From positions 141,608,001 through 141,672,000 of the forward strand of contig OZ024740.1 in the NCBI GenBank assembly GCA_964016885.1: a DNA stretch of 64,000 nucleotides. Direction: 5' to 3'. Under the pieces are notes generated by a model. The model searched no databases and had not been told where the DNA came from. It saw only the letters and a list, made by a program, of their open reading frames with translations. This document shows, piece by piece, positions 30,494 through 43,699 of the stretch. Position 1 is the first letter of the stretch; each line of letters begins with the position of its first letter. The position numbers and the translations under genes were made by a program. This stretch comes from Eledone cirrhosa. Its lineage: Eukaryota.

Positions 30494-30496
<3 letters not shown>
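30305..30496 (-). mobile_element. Family A fold-back element
   Basis: Almost perfect ~55-bp hairpin; (TA)n on both sides. Confidence 0.9.
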
Positions 30497-31538
<1,042 letters not shown>

Positions 31539-31676
31539 TTTCCTACTTCCCACTCTACTACCCTAAGTATTGAGAACCAGATGAACCATAACGCACTAGA
31601 GTACTCAATACTTAGGGTAGTAGAGTGGGAAGTAGGAAAAGGCTTGAGCACTGCCGTCGGGGTCATGATTTTTCCT
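31539..31676. mobile_element. Rearranged family A fragment with short inversion
   Basis: cccactctactaccctaagtattgag / ctcaatacttagggtagtagagtggg. Confidence 0.75.
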
Positions 31677-31701
31677 ATATATATATATATATACATACAT
31701 A

Positions 31702-32020
31702 CAGGGCCGGATTTAATGGCGGGCAAAGGGAGCAAGCGTCCTGGGGCCCCCAGCAGTGAGGGTGGGGGTGGAGGTTGAGGCTCAAAAGCGACTGCTGTAG
31801 CAATTTATTTGTGCCCTCTGATAAGTTTTTTTTAGTTTTAGGATGGTTAGATGTTTGAATTTAATACCTGAATGTATAACGTTTCACATCCAATTACTTG
31901 TGCCAAGCTGACTATAATATGTAAAATTGTGGGTTTGCTATATATTCCATTTTTTTTTGTGTATGAGGGGCCCCCAAACCTGAAGTGCTCCGAGCCCCCT
32001 AATGGTTAAATCTGGCCCTA
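31702..32020. mobile_element. MITE with CAGGGCCGGATTTAA termini (hAT-like)
   Basis: TIR cagggccggatttaa / ttaaatctggccct; second copy at 60433-60741. Confidence 0.8.
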
Positions 32021-32153
32021 TATATATATATACAAATAAAATTTTTTTTCCATTTATAGGGAAATACATGAAAATGTCATGTTTACATGTCTCAATACTA
32101 AATGTTTATATTTATATACACAATCTCGGTTACCTCTATTCTGTATATATAGA

Positions 32154-32226
<73 letters not shown>

Positions 32227-32231
32227 ACACA

Positions 32232-32302
<71 letters not shown>

Positions 32303-32307
32303 GCACG

Positions 32308-32358
<51 letters not shown>

Positions 32359-32359
32359 G

Positions 32360-32403
<44 letters not shown>

Positions 32404-32968
32404 CCTGTATGTATGTGTGTGTGCTTCCTTTCCTCGTACATATGTATTTTACCGCATGAACTAACACATTTGTGCGTATGGTCTATTTATTCTCATATAC
32501 ACATACATTGACGCGTGTTCGCCCACATGCACACACATGCAGACATAGGTATGGCAACACACATACATAACAGACGTATTTTTGTTGCTGAGTGACACGT
32601 TCATACTCTTGATTCAGCTGTTAGTAAGCCAGTTAACATAGCAAAGTACACAAAGTATAACACCAAAATATACTCGATTATAATTAATCTATTGTAGATC
32701 ATACAACTGCATCTGCTCCACTTGAATCATAGTTTCTACTTGAACACGTAAACACTGACGTAAGAACTGGAATTCAATAATTCTGATAGGTTGTATGTTA
32801 CATTTGCAAGTAATAGAGTGAATTGAAATATTTCGATCAATTGGTTGTAAGAAACTTTAGGGCACTGTTTCTCAACAGCTTTTGTACCACGCACCACTTT
32901 GATTTTCCAAAAGAAAAAAAAAAAGAGAAAAAAAAAAAGAAAAAAAAAGGAAAAGAAGAAAAAATGAC

Positions 32969-33089
32969 CGGGAAAAGTTAATATATAGCATAATAGAGAT
33001 ACTCCATTCTGAAATCCCACGCCCCGTCTTAAGAAATATGGCTCTAGAGTGAGCAATACGGCAGTAGGTCTTCCGAAAAGAAACTCCAT
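32969..33089 (-). CDS. Putative first coding exon (MEFLFGRPTAVLLTLEPYFLRRGVGFQNGVSLLCYILTFP)
   Basis: ATG in a unique island; phase-compatible with 19414-19500, but the donor (G|GTCATT) is weak. Confidence 0.22.
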
Positions 33090-33541
33090 ATGCAAATGTG
33101 TTACGGCTCTTCACTCCTTACAGTCTAAATAGACCGAGTCGCATCCCTGTCATAATTCCTGGATGGTTTTTTCTACAGACACCTTTTAATCATTTGGATA
33201 TTGGAGCTTTGTTGCTTGTAGGGCACTTGAGTCGAGTGGAGATTGTTTCTGTTCCTCCTCGTTCAGACCCGTTGGAGCTCTTTTCGACTGCTTCTGTAAT
33301 TTCTTGTATAGCTTTGGTTTTCTTCTTCCAATAAATTGAAAATTATTTCATGATATTATAGCAATAATCCAAGCATTTAGTAAAAAGATAAAGTCCCTTT
33401 AGGGGTATTTAAAATACACCAATAGGAGCAACTGATCGAATTTTTGATAATTTATACAACGCAAACTCTAGTAGATCTAGCCTTTTAAAATAAGGTAATA
33501 AGGTAGTTGCGGTTTTTGTTGTTGATTAGCTCCAGATATAC

Positions 33542-33639
<98 letters not shown>

Positions 33640-35424
33640 TCCAAGTGGATAAACGTATAAGAGAAATATGAATATATGCAGAGTGGAGTTAAATAATAAG
33701 CACACATTTTTAGGATGTTATTATACAATGCAGTTTGATTCATACACTTATGTACTGCAGAATTTGCAGAGCACACATATTGAATTCATCCTGCTATGTC
33801 GTTTTGAACTAGATCCAGAAGCAAATTATTGTAGTGAAAAAATATAAGCGACTTCAAACGGAAGTTATGAGAACAGCAAGAGAAGGCGATGACAACAGAA
33901 AAGTAACTTCTCTTGTTTTAGCAAATAACCACACAATTATACAGCTTTATGTTAACACATGCTCTCACACTACTCCGATACACGCGCGTGCACACACATG
34001 CACCCTCTCGCTCGCTTCAATAATTGTACCTGCGTTTATAAATATGTGCGCACTCACAAAAAACAGTACACCTACACACACAATCACATATGCACCGGAT
34101 AATAATACAGAAAAAGATAACAAAACAAAAAAATAATATAAATATATATAGCAACATAAATACGCGTGCACACATGCCTAGCGCAGGATGTCACCAAATA
34201 TTTTTATAAGTAGTCAATTCAAATAAAATAGATTAGCGTAAAGCAACACTAGAGCAAGCGCCTGTATAACATCTGCAATTTAAAGTACACATACTGATTT
34301 CAGTATAAAAAGGAGTATACTAGATAACTTCCGACCTTACAAAAACGAAAGAAAGATGCATCCTGAAACCCCCAAGACAAACAGAAGTCTGCTTTTCAAA
34401 GAGATACACTTTTACAGGTTGAAAAAAACAAAGCAAACTCGCAGGTTCAAGCCAGAAAGCCTGATTCTTTAATGTAAAAATCTTCACAGGTTCCGAAGAT
34501 TAAAAGATCTCTATTCTGAAGCCTATTTCGTGAAAGAAAACACATTAACAGGTTGATTGTATATTTATGTTTAATTGCTCACTGAGTCGATATTTTATCT
34601 TTTCATTGAGATGTCTAACTATATTAGAGACAAATAATATTTTGATTGATATTAGCTACTTCTTCACTGTTGAGTAGATTTAGACGGGTTTTTGTGTGCT
34701 ACTTCTAGCGCCATTAAAAACCTGTTGTGTTGTTCTAATATATAGAGATATATATGTTCATTTAGTAGTTCAATGGCGCACGATTTGGGACACTTCAAGC
34801 GGTTTCTACAACCTGTTCTGTATGTTATCTGTTCAATATTTTCTCTAATTCCAAAGAATTCACCTAAGTGGACGGAATAATTGAGAATTATCAACAAAGA
34901 AGAGGACGGAATAATTGAGAATTATCAACAAAGAAGAGGACGGAATAATTGAGATAATTATCAACGTTTCTTAATTCCAGAAACTGCAGTTGCAGATATT
35001 ATATGAGTGGAAGTGACTTATTTTAGTTTGTCTAACTTATATCCTCCAGTCGTTTATAAATGTATATATGTATATGTTTCTTACTATTTTTCTTACTGGT
35101 AATAAGGTAGTAATGAATTACTGACCTTTCCTGTTTATAATTATATATATAGTGTATATATAAGTATAAATAATATTATTATTTTTATTTATATTTATGT
35201 GTATGTATACATGTATATATATATATCGCGAGATGTTCATCATCTCTCACAAAAAGAAAAAGTATTTTACATCCAGCCACAATATATGTTTTCCCACACG
35301 TAGAGAACGTAACCTGTGTGGTGGCCGAGATGAAAAACCAGCAGGTGGACAGACAAGTTTAAAGGGGCGCTAGAAATAGCTCACCAATTAGCCTGTCAAA
35401 GGAGTATCAAATAATTATCACATA

Positions 35425-35522
<98 letters not shown>

Positions 35523-35524
35523 AT

Positions 35525-35945
35525 GTTCAACAGTCGCAGGGTTAGCTCTTTGAATAGTTCAGAGTATTATATATTCATAAATAGGAGACGTTAACAGAAT
35601 AAATTCAAAAGAATAAATTAATACTTACATCAAAATTTCCTTACTACAGCTTCAATCCCTTAAACTTGTCGCCTGTCAACTTCACACGTGATATTTTTTC
35701 ATATGGGAAACCATATTTTGTAGCTGGTTGACAAATATATTTTTACTTTTGGCGAAAGAACTCCTCCTCTGATGAGCATCGTCTCATAATATTATATGTC
35801 TTGGTTAGTTAAGATAATTGATATTGGTGTTACGCTTTGAAACTGCAATAAAGTAATTTTAATGTAAGTACTAATTTATTTTTCTGAGACGTTATTTTGC
35901 TAAATCTCCCATTTATGAATATATAATGCCCTGAACGATCATTGC
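35525..35945. repeat. Old fold-back element between (CA)n tracts, with decayed HHR-like motif 35766-35853
   Basis: Diverged inverted arms ~35545-35655 / 35836-35935; CUGAUGA...GAAA-CUGCA. Confidence 0.45.
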
Positions 35946-36055
<110 letters not shown>

Positions 36056-37518
36056 AATATGAAAACATGGCGTGCTGCGTGGTTGCAAATGGGTTACATA
36101 TGAATAAATTTAGTCCTTCATCAGTGATCTTCCAGCCTTCATTGGTATTTCATCGCTTTAAAGACCATATACCTCTGGTTGATGCGAGCAACGGCTAAAG
36201 AAATTCGTTGGTACACGTAAATAGGGGAACGAGCGAGACAGTAAACAAACAAAGATGGTAATGCAACGAAAAGTGAGGAAGAAGGAGTCAAGTCCCTGAA
36301 ATCGTCGAACATAAGTTCTGTGAAATCGTAGACGAGAGAGAATAAAGACCAACTAACCTGGTCGAAATGTGAGCGAGGAAAGAATTTCGCACAGGTCCAA
36401 CGGGAGGAAGTAGGAGAGGGAGTAGCATAGAGTGGGTGAGTGAAAGTGTGAGGAAGAGGCTAACAGAGAGAGTACTGGCAGAGGGGGTAAAAGGAAGTGA
36501 GAGATACAGAGAAAGGGGAAGCAGTAAGAAAGAAACAGACGAGTCACGGCAGAGGAAAATATATAAATATATGAAAAATATGAAAACATGGCGTGTGGCG
36601 TGGTTGCAAATGGGTTGGAAGAATAGATAAATCGAAAGGGAGTAAAAAAAAAACCATTATAAAAATAAGGAAATAAATATATAAAAACAATTTCTGGTTA
36701 CTACTCCATTTCTACAATCACCAAATTTCTCATTAGTATTGCTAAGCTATAGAAAAGTTTAATAGGTGGAGAATGGGAAAAATACTAAATACGAGATTAT
36801 AGTGAAAGAATAATATAAAGCCGGCTTTACAGGGGGTTTAACACCGCTGCTATAGATAGTTAGTAATCAACCAATGCTATCTTACAATGACAGGTTAATA
36901 AGTTGAGAACAAAAATACTAAAATACTATTACAAAAATATGAATACTAATACAAAAATACTAATACAAAAATACCACTAAGAAATTTAGAAACCATAGAA
37001 ATGGAGCAGCAACCAAAAAGAATAAAAAAGTACTGGGATCTAACACATCTGCTATAAAAAGCGTAATCGGCCAATTCTATCTTAAAATTAGAGGGGAGGG
37101 AGTACTGAGGCTACAGAGGACCGATGGGCTGCATCGGGGTAGGCGAAAGGTGAAAAAAAGTGACGAGGAAGAAAATCTGGGGTGGAAGGACTAGGAAGAG
37201 ATGGGGGAGAAGGAAACATAGAGGAAAAGATAAAAAGTTACGTCTACCTTTGTAAGCAGGGGTTACCCCTTACAAAATCGGCAAGTGGGGTTTCAGCCCT
37301 TGTCTACCCCCCCCCTCCGGGTCATTATGGGGTTTGAGGGCGAGGTAAGTCCTACGCAATCTGTGTTTGCATACGGTTACCAGTTCGTCTTTCTTGTTTA
37401 GGAGTTGGTCCTTCGAAAACAGCATTTGTAATGTTTCCTCCGAGCATAAGTTACACGGACGGCGTCCTCCCGTGTAAGAGTTAGCTCTGGACAGTAAGCT
37501 CCAAGTGAGATTGTAGGT

Positions 37519-37622
37519 TCGCCGAGGTTAACTTTGCCTTTCATCCTTACGGGGTCGATAAAATAAAGTACCAGTAATGTACTGGGTAATTGCTGGCCTT
37601 GTGCCTAAAGTAGAAACAATTA
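37519..37622 (+). mobile_element. SINE 3' half at the PLE inversion junction
   Basis: cgccgaggttaactttgcctttcatcc...agtagaaacaattatt. Confidence 0.85.
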
Positions 37623-39379
37623 TTATCTTTTATATTCGACGAATATGCGCCTTATTACAACCAGGCCCTCAGGCGGAGTGGCTTCCGGGAGGAAATATCC
37701 TTTTATCCAGCTTCCATTAGCGGAACCAGCAGGTGACACCGCCGCTCAGGCAACGTTACGTGGTTCAATCCTCCCCACAATGCCGAGGTGACAACACCTA
37801 TCGGGAAAATCTTCTTTACGCTCCTCGAAAAACACTTCCCACTACAACACCGCGACCAGAACATAATCAACAAAACACCATCAAACTCTCCTACATCACC
37901 ACACCTAACTTCGCACAGAAGATCGTCTCCTCTAACAACAAAAAACTCAACCCCTATGGAAGAAATAACCTAGACACCAGTGGAGAGCCGACCAGGAGGT
38001 GTAACTGTCCTGATAGATCAATGTGTCCCCCCCAACAACAGATGCCGAGATCGTAATGTGATCTACCAGTGCAACGTGAGGACGGACACCTCCAATAAAG
38101 CTTATATAGGATTAACCGCTTGTGACTTCAAGACCCGGCTCTACCAACACCGACATACTTTCCGAAACCCGGCCCGGCGACATGCCTCTACACTTTCAGG
38201 CTACATCCGGGACCTTAAAATAATAATATAACTTATAACCTACAAAAAAAAATCTCACTTGGAGTTTACTGTCCAGAGCTAACTCTTACACGGGAGGACG
38301 CCGTCCGTGTAACTTATGCTCGGAGGAAACATTACAAATGTTGTTTTCAAAGGACCAACTCCCAAACAAAAAAGACGAACTGGTAACCGCATGCAAACAC
38401 AGATTGCGTAGGACTTACCTCGCCCTCAAACTTCATAATGACCCGGGGGTGGGTCGGTGGGTGGGTGTAGACAAGGGCTGATACCCCACTTGCCGATTTT
38501 GTAAGGGGTAACCCCTGCTTACAAAGGTAGACGTAACTTTTTTATCTTTTTCTCTATGTTTCCTTCTTTCCCCCATCTCTTCCTAGTCCTTCCACCCCAG
38601 ATTTCCTTCCGCGTCTCTTTTTTTCACCTTTCGCCTACCCCGATGCAGCCCATCGGTCCTCTGTAGCCTCAGTACCCCCCCTTAATTTTAAGATAGAATC
38701 GGCCGATTACGCTTTTTATAGCAGATGTGTTAGATCCCAGTAAATTTTTTTCTTTTTGGTTGCTGCTCCATTTCTATGGTTTCTAGATTTCTTAGTGGTA
38801 TTTTTGTATTAGTATTTTTGTATTAGTATTCATATTTTTGTAATAGTATTTTAGTATTTTTGTTCTCAACTTATTAACCTGTCATTGTAAGATAGCATTG
38901 GCTGATTAGTAACTATCTATAGCAGCGGTGTTAGACCTCCTGTAAAGCCTGCTTTATATTATTTTTTCACTATAATCTCGTATTTAGTATTTTTCCCATT
39001 CTCCACCTATTAAACTTTTCTATAGCTTTTCAATACCAATGAGAAATTTGGTGATTGTAGAAATGGAGTAGTAACCAGAAATTGTTTTTGTATATTTATT
39101 TTCTTATTTTTATAATGGGTTTTTTATTTACTCCCTTTCGATTTACCTATTCTTCCACCCCCCCTCCTCTTCTCCAGTACACTTTTTTCGACCTTTTATA
39201 CACTATCCTTAGACTCTGCTGTATAGATTTCAATTCCAACGCTTCACTGAGTTTCCCCCACTCCCTCTATGTTTTACCGGCAAATTCAACCACCCCAACC
39301 TCCCACCAAAATGCCATGATCTGTCTTTACAACAAATTTTTGACCACTCCTCTCGACAATTACTAACTCCCCATATAAG

Positions 39380-39482
39380 GTAATACCTGAGAAGTTCGGC
39401 TATTTATTTACCCGGCTAAAAATTCTTATTTAGTTCAGAAATAGCCGTCGAAACGGCTTGAGCTATGCCGTCGGGGTCATAC
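39380..39482 (+). ncRNA. Parent hammerhead motif of family A (core partly decayed)
   Basis: CUGAGAA, cggcuauuu/aaauagccg stem II, GAAA, ACGGC..GCCGU stem III, GUC site. Confidence 0.6.
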
Positions 39483-39569
39483 TTGTTCCTATTACCCACT
39501 CTACTACCCTAAGTATTGAGTACTTTGGTGCGTTATGGTCCATCTGGTTCCTTACCACAATTCCTTCGT

Positions 39570-39600
<31 letters not shown>

Positions 39601-39681
39601 ACTACGCATGTGAATACTTGTCTCACACATTGAATACTGTTTACCCTCTACTTTGAATGAAAATTAACAAGAAAACTCCTG

Positions 39682-39733
<52 letters not shown>

Positions 39734-40142
39734 AGTGGAAGCTTAGTAAAATCGAAGTTTTGGCTGTGGCCAAGCAAAGTCGACCTGAAATAAGGAATGA
39801 GTAGCAAAGCACTCAATAAGGGTAGGTCCTTAGAGTAATAACATTACGTTTTAATAGCTTGACAAATTGAAAATTGCGGTAGGCAAAACCCAACCATACA
39901 ATACAAAAACAACGAAAGAACTAATCAGGTTAAAACAACAGACCTGGACAGATCGAACGATATTCTGCAATACGTCCGATATGTTTCTATGAAATCGATA
40001 TCATCAATCCAACTTACGTAACACGTAAACTTGTAGTATTCCATGATCGAACAGTGGACTCACTTCATCGATAGGCATTTCGTTTTTTTGCCTCAAACGG
40101 GTGTGAACTTAACTCCATGCGACCGCCACAATAGACAGCCTT

Positions 40143-40385
40143 CAATCATTTCGTTGACACCAAAGAGATGTCAATATGAATGGACCTGTTATTTTTATCT
40201 AAAGATATTTTTTCCAATTCTAACCCACCCGTCCCCTCAATCTATCTTATTTCTCATTCTTTCTTCTTATGAAGGACTAGCGTCCGAAATGTTTAGACCC
40301 TCTTCCTGCTATTTCAAGCTTTAACCTAATATATTTATTCCATATACTGTACCGATTGTGTTGTTATTTTGTTTACCTTTTACAT
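40143..40385 (+). repeat. Family B copy with decayed HHR at 40262-40297
   Basis: Homology to 16055-16275. Confidence 0.7.
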
Positions 40386-40414
40386 ACGTACACACACATA
40401 CCCCCCCCCCCCAC

Positions 40415-40463
<49 letters not shown>

Positions 40464-40654
40464 TATATATATATATAATTATAATTGAATATAAAAGAGA
40501 GATAAACACAGATATATATATAATGTGTTCAAATTGTAAAGGACCAGATTCACTAAGGTGAAAAAGATACTAACTATGGACAATAGGGTTTGCCAGACTC
40601 AATTTAAGAATAAATCAAGAAAATAAATACAAACCGGAATTGTGGTAACTACTA

Positions 40655-40739
40655 TTCACCCAGACAGCGTTTGGCGAAGCTGTTTCGCAATCCGATTGTG
40701 AAGAAAATTACCAATTTTTATTGCTCATCAGTGGGTGAA
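40655..40739 (-). ncRNA. Canonical type I hammerhead ribozyme
   Basis: Reverse complement of 40897-40981. Confidence 0.88.
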
Positions 40740-40896
40740 AAATTAGTAAAGTCCTCACTTCTAAGTATATCAGAAAACCGAATTTTAGTGGTATGAGTTT
40801 GTGAGACACGTTATGTTCTGATACCATGTGCGTTATTGTATATACGCAGACTATTCAGTTTTCTGATATGCTTAGAAGTGAGGACTTTACTAATTT

Positions 40897-40981
40897 TTCA
40901 CCCACTGATGAGCAATAAAAATTGGTAATTTTCTTCACAATCGGATTGCGAAACAGCATCGCCAAACGCTGTCTGGGTGAA
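40897..40981 (+). ncRNA. Canonical type I hammerhead ribozyme
   Basis: uucaccca/ugggugaa (8 bp), CUGAUGA, gcaau/auugc, GAAA, acagc/gcugu, GUC site. Confidence 0.9.
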
Positions 40982-41295
40982 TGGTAGTTACCACAATTCC
41001 GGTTTGTATTTATTTTCTTGATTTATTCTTAAATTGAGTCTGGCAAACCCTATTGTCCATAGTTAGTATCTTTTTCACCTTAGCGAATCTGGTCCCTTAC
41101 GATTTTAACACATATATTTATATATCTGTGTTTATCTATCTTTTATATTCAATTATAGTATACGGCTCGGAAAAATCTCTTTCCTTGAGCTATTTTATTG
41201 TAAGAGACTATTTTGAGTTTCTAACTCAATATATACCTTTGATATATATATATATATCAGTTGAAAATTGCAAACTCGACTGTCACCACATATCA

Positions 41296-41334
41296 TGAAC
41301 CTGAAGATTGCGAAAGCATGAAAGTACTTGTTCA
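41296..41334 (+). ncRNA. Minimal type I hammerhead ribozyme
   Basis: ugaac-CUGAAGA-U-UGC(gaaa)GCA-U-GAAA-GUAC-UU-guuca; palindromic AGUACU. Confidence 0.8.
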
Positions 41335-41498
41335 ATTAACACTTAGAATTTAATATTCTATCATACTATTTCATTATAATACCATTATATATATTTTAAA
41401 GGATTGTAAATAAAACGAGTAAATCAGACAAAGTTGGAATTCCTCTTATTAATATAATCTTCTATACACAATCATACACACCCGTGTATATTTACCTA

Positions 41499-41567
<69 letters not shown>

Positions 41568-41742
41568 ACTACGCATGTGAATATCATTTACCCTCTACTT
41601 TGAATGAAAATTAACAAGAAAAACTCCTGTACATATATATTTTTGGTGGACCGGCAATCGCTCTGTTTAATCAGCTCCTGATTATAACTGGAATTCTATA
41701 AGAATCCAGCCTCTATAATACTCGGCAAAGGCAACTGAGTGT

Positions 41743-41792
41743 GTGGTTTTGATAAACGCTTACAAGCGAGAAACAGTCTGTCTGTCGGCCGC
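41743..41792 (+). ncRNA. Hammerhead motif, U3:A8 variant
   Basis: gugguu-UUGAUAA-A-CGCU(uaca)AGCG-A-GAAA-CAG(ucugu)CUG-UC-ggccgc. Confidence 0.55.
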
Positions 41793-42029
41793 TCTCTGTT
41801 GTTTTTGCCTAGAATAAGTAAGTGACATAGTTATTACTTTAAAACTCATAGCGAATGGTCTTCTAAATCATACAGTATATTGCCAAATGTACTATACATA
41901 CATTCACACACACACACACACACACATACACACACATATATATATATATATGAATGTATGTATAGTACATTTGGCAATATACTGTATGATTTAGAAGACC
42001 ATTCGCTATGACTAATCGCTATATAGATA

Positions 42030-42131
42030 TAACGAAAGAGGTGTGGTAAGGAACCAGATGGACCATAACGCACCAGAGTACTCAATACTTAGGGTAGTAG
42101 AGTGGGTAATAGGAAAAAGTTTAACCCCGAC
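42030..42131 (-). mobile_element. Family A fragment
   Basis: Homology to 1624-1720. Confidence 0.8.
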
Positions 42132-42137
42132 TGTATG

Positions 42138-42184
<47 letters not shown>

Positions 42185-42259
42185 TGTTATTCTTTAGAAG
42201 GGTCATGCTGACATTAAAAGCACTAGCACCTGTTGGTTTTCACTTCAATTTATTATATA

Positions 42260-43485
42260 CTAGCAGTGGTACCCGGCGTTGCACGGGATAAGGCATTTTG
42301 GAACGCGGCCCGCCAACAGACCTAATCGTGGAAAACATGCATGCCTGGACAATATGTAAAGAAAATAAACCGAATACTCTGATGGCTGGATAATCTTTAA
42401 GATTTTCCTCGATGAAGCAGGAAAAATGCAGGTTTTCACCTAATGCGGGCCTGAGGGGATCAAGAAAATGAATTCTTTTTATGTGCATAATATGCCTTGA
42501 AATTTCGGGAAAAACGGCTAGACGTAGCACCGAATGCTCTGATGCAATTAGTATTAGGTATGCTTCTCCTTCCACGTGGAGAAAATCGGCTTGGTGCTTT
42601 TGTACTTTATCAAAGTGGCATGAGTCAGCAGGACAGATGTCACCACTTATGTCAGAGGGAAGTCTGGAATGCTTGAGCAAGGCATGACGTGCAATCAGAC
42701 AGCATGTGGAGCCTTCTCGAAGGAGTCCACCGCAACTTAGTAAGTAAACGCAACTGGACTAACGTTTACCAAACTGTGGGTATAATTTAACAAATTTAAA
42801 GAGGAATGGTGCAATACAATGGGCCCCGAGGCGTGTGCGTGTTCACTGGCAGCCCTAAACGGAAGGGTCGCCATCAGTTATTTCAAGGGCCCTTAAAAGA
42901 GCCTTGTAAGCTGTTCACTGACACCCCAGTAAGGAGGGGTAACCATCAACAATTTCAAGTGGTGGCCCTAAAAAGGGCCATGTGAGCGTTCACTTGTAGC
43001 CCTTAATAGCGACTTTGACTGCGTTCTCTGACATTTGGAGGGTGTTACGGTTGCTTCCACTGGTAGCCTTTAGAATGAATCAGAATGCGTTCGCGGTTCG
43101 TTTAACAGCCATACATTGACGCGCCGAGTGCGATGCAGACAACCAGACATCAGACAGATATAAGGACGCGTTCTGGACTAAGAGGGAATTGTGGGAAGGG
43201 ACGTAATGCAGACAGCCAGACATACAGACAGATATTATAAGGGCACGACGTTATATGTATGTACCTATCTAAAAAGAGAAAGACTAAGAATTATAGAGAG
43301 AGATCGCTAAATCGCCTAATGCGGTGCCTAGGGCATTGACAATTTGCAATTTCTTTTGCTCAGAAGACTCCCTGAAACAAGTATTACATGTGTAAAGTTT
43401 GAAAACAGTCGGTTGGGTGGTTCTCGAGTTTTCAGGATTCAAACTCACACACACACAGACACATCCTCAGTTTTATATATATAGA
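42260..43485 (-). mobile_element. Non-autonomous Helitron inserted between A and T
   Basis: Minus 5' TC at 43485; 3' cccgtgcaacgccggg hairpin + CTAG at 42260; flanks rejoin to match 24585-24640. Confidence 0.9.
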
Positions 43486-43533
43486 TTTCCGGGTGGCTGG
43501 TTAGTTCGATAACCGAATGGTTATTTATATATT

Positions 43534-43576
43534 ATCAAAGCTCTTTCGTCACACATTCTGTGACCTCCTCAGTGAC
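43534..43576 (-). ncRNA. Hammerhead motif in PLE pseudo-LTR
   Basis: guca-CUGAGGA-G-GUCACA(gaaug)UGUGAC-GAAA-GAGC-UU-ugau. Confidence 0.7.
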
Positions 43577-43699
43577 TGGGTTTTTATTTTGTGTCCCCCC
43601 CTTTTTATTTTCTGTTCTCTCCTGCAGCATCTTATTTTTGTGTGTTGTGTGTTGTGTATTTAGTTTGCGCAAGCGTTACATCTGGGTGTGTGTCGATAT

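Larger units (their letters stand above)
36615..39570 (+). mobile_element. 5'-truncated Hydra-like PLE with ~900-bp inverted pseudo-LTR
   Basis: ORF remnant 37630-38430 (WFNPP, NTIKLSY, CNCPDRSMCP, VIYQC..AYIGLT..FKTRLYQH, CNLC..E, CKH); 36615-37519 is an inverted copy of ~38245-39157; ends in family A sequence. Confidence 0.9.
40478..41158. mobile_element. Fold-back element with ~300-bp inverted arms
   Basis: 40478-40778 is the reverse complement of 40859-41158 with few mismatches. Confidence 0.9.

Noticed and set aside
34871-34965. 33-bp tandem repeat (also ~7570-7660 and 55911-55980)
   Set aside because: Ordinary local tandem duplications without spacers
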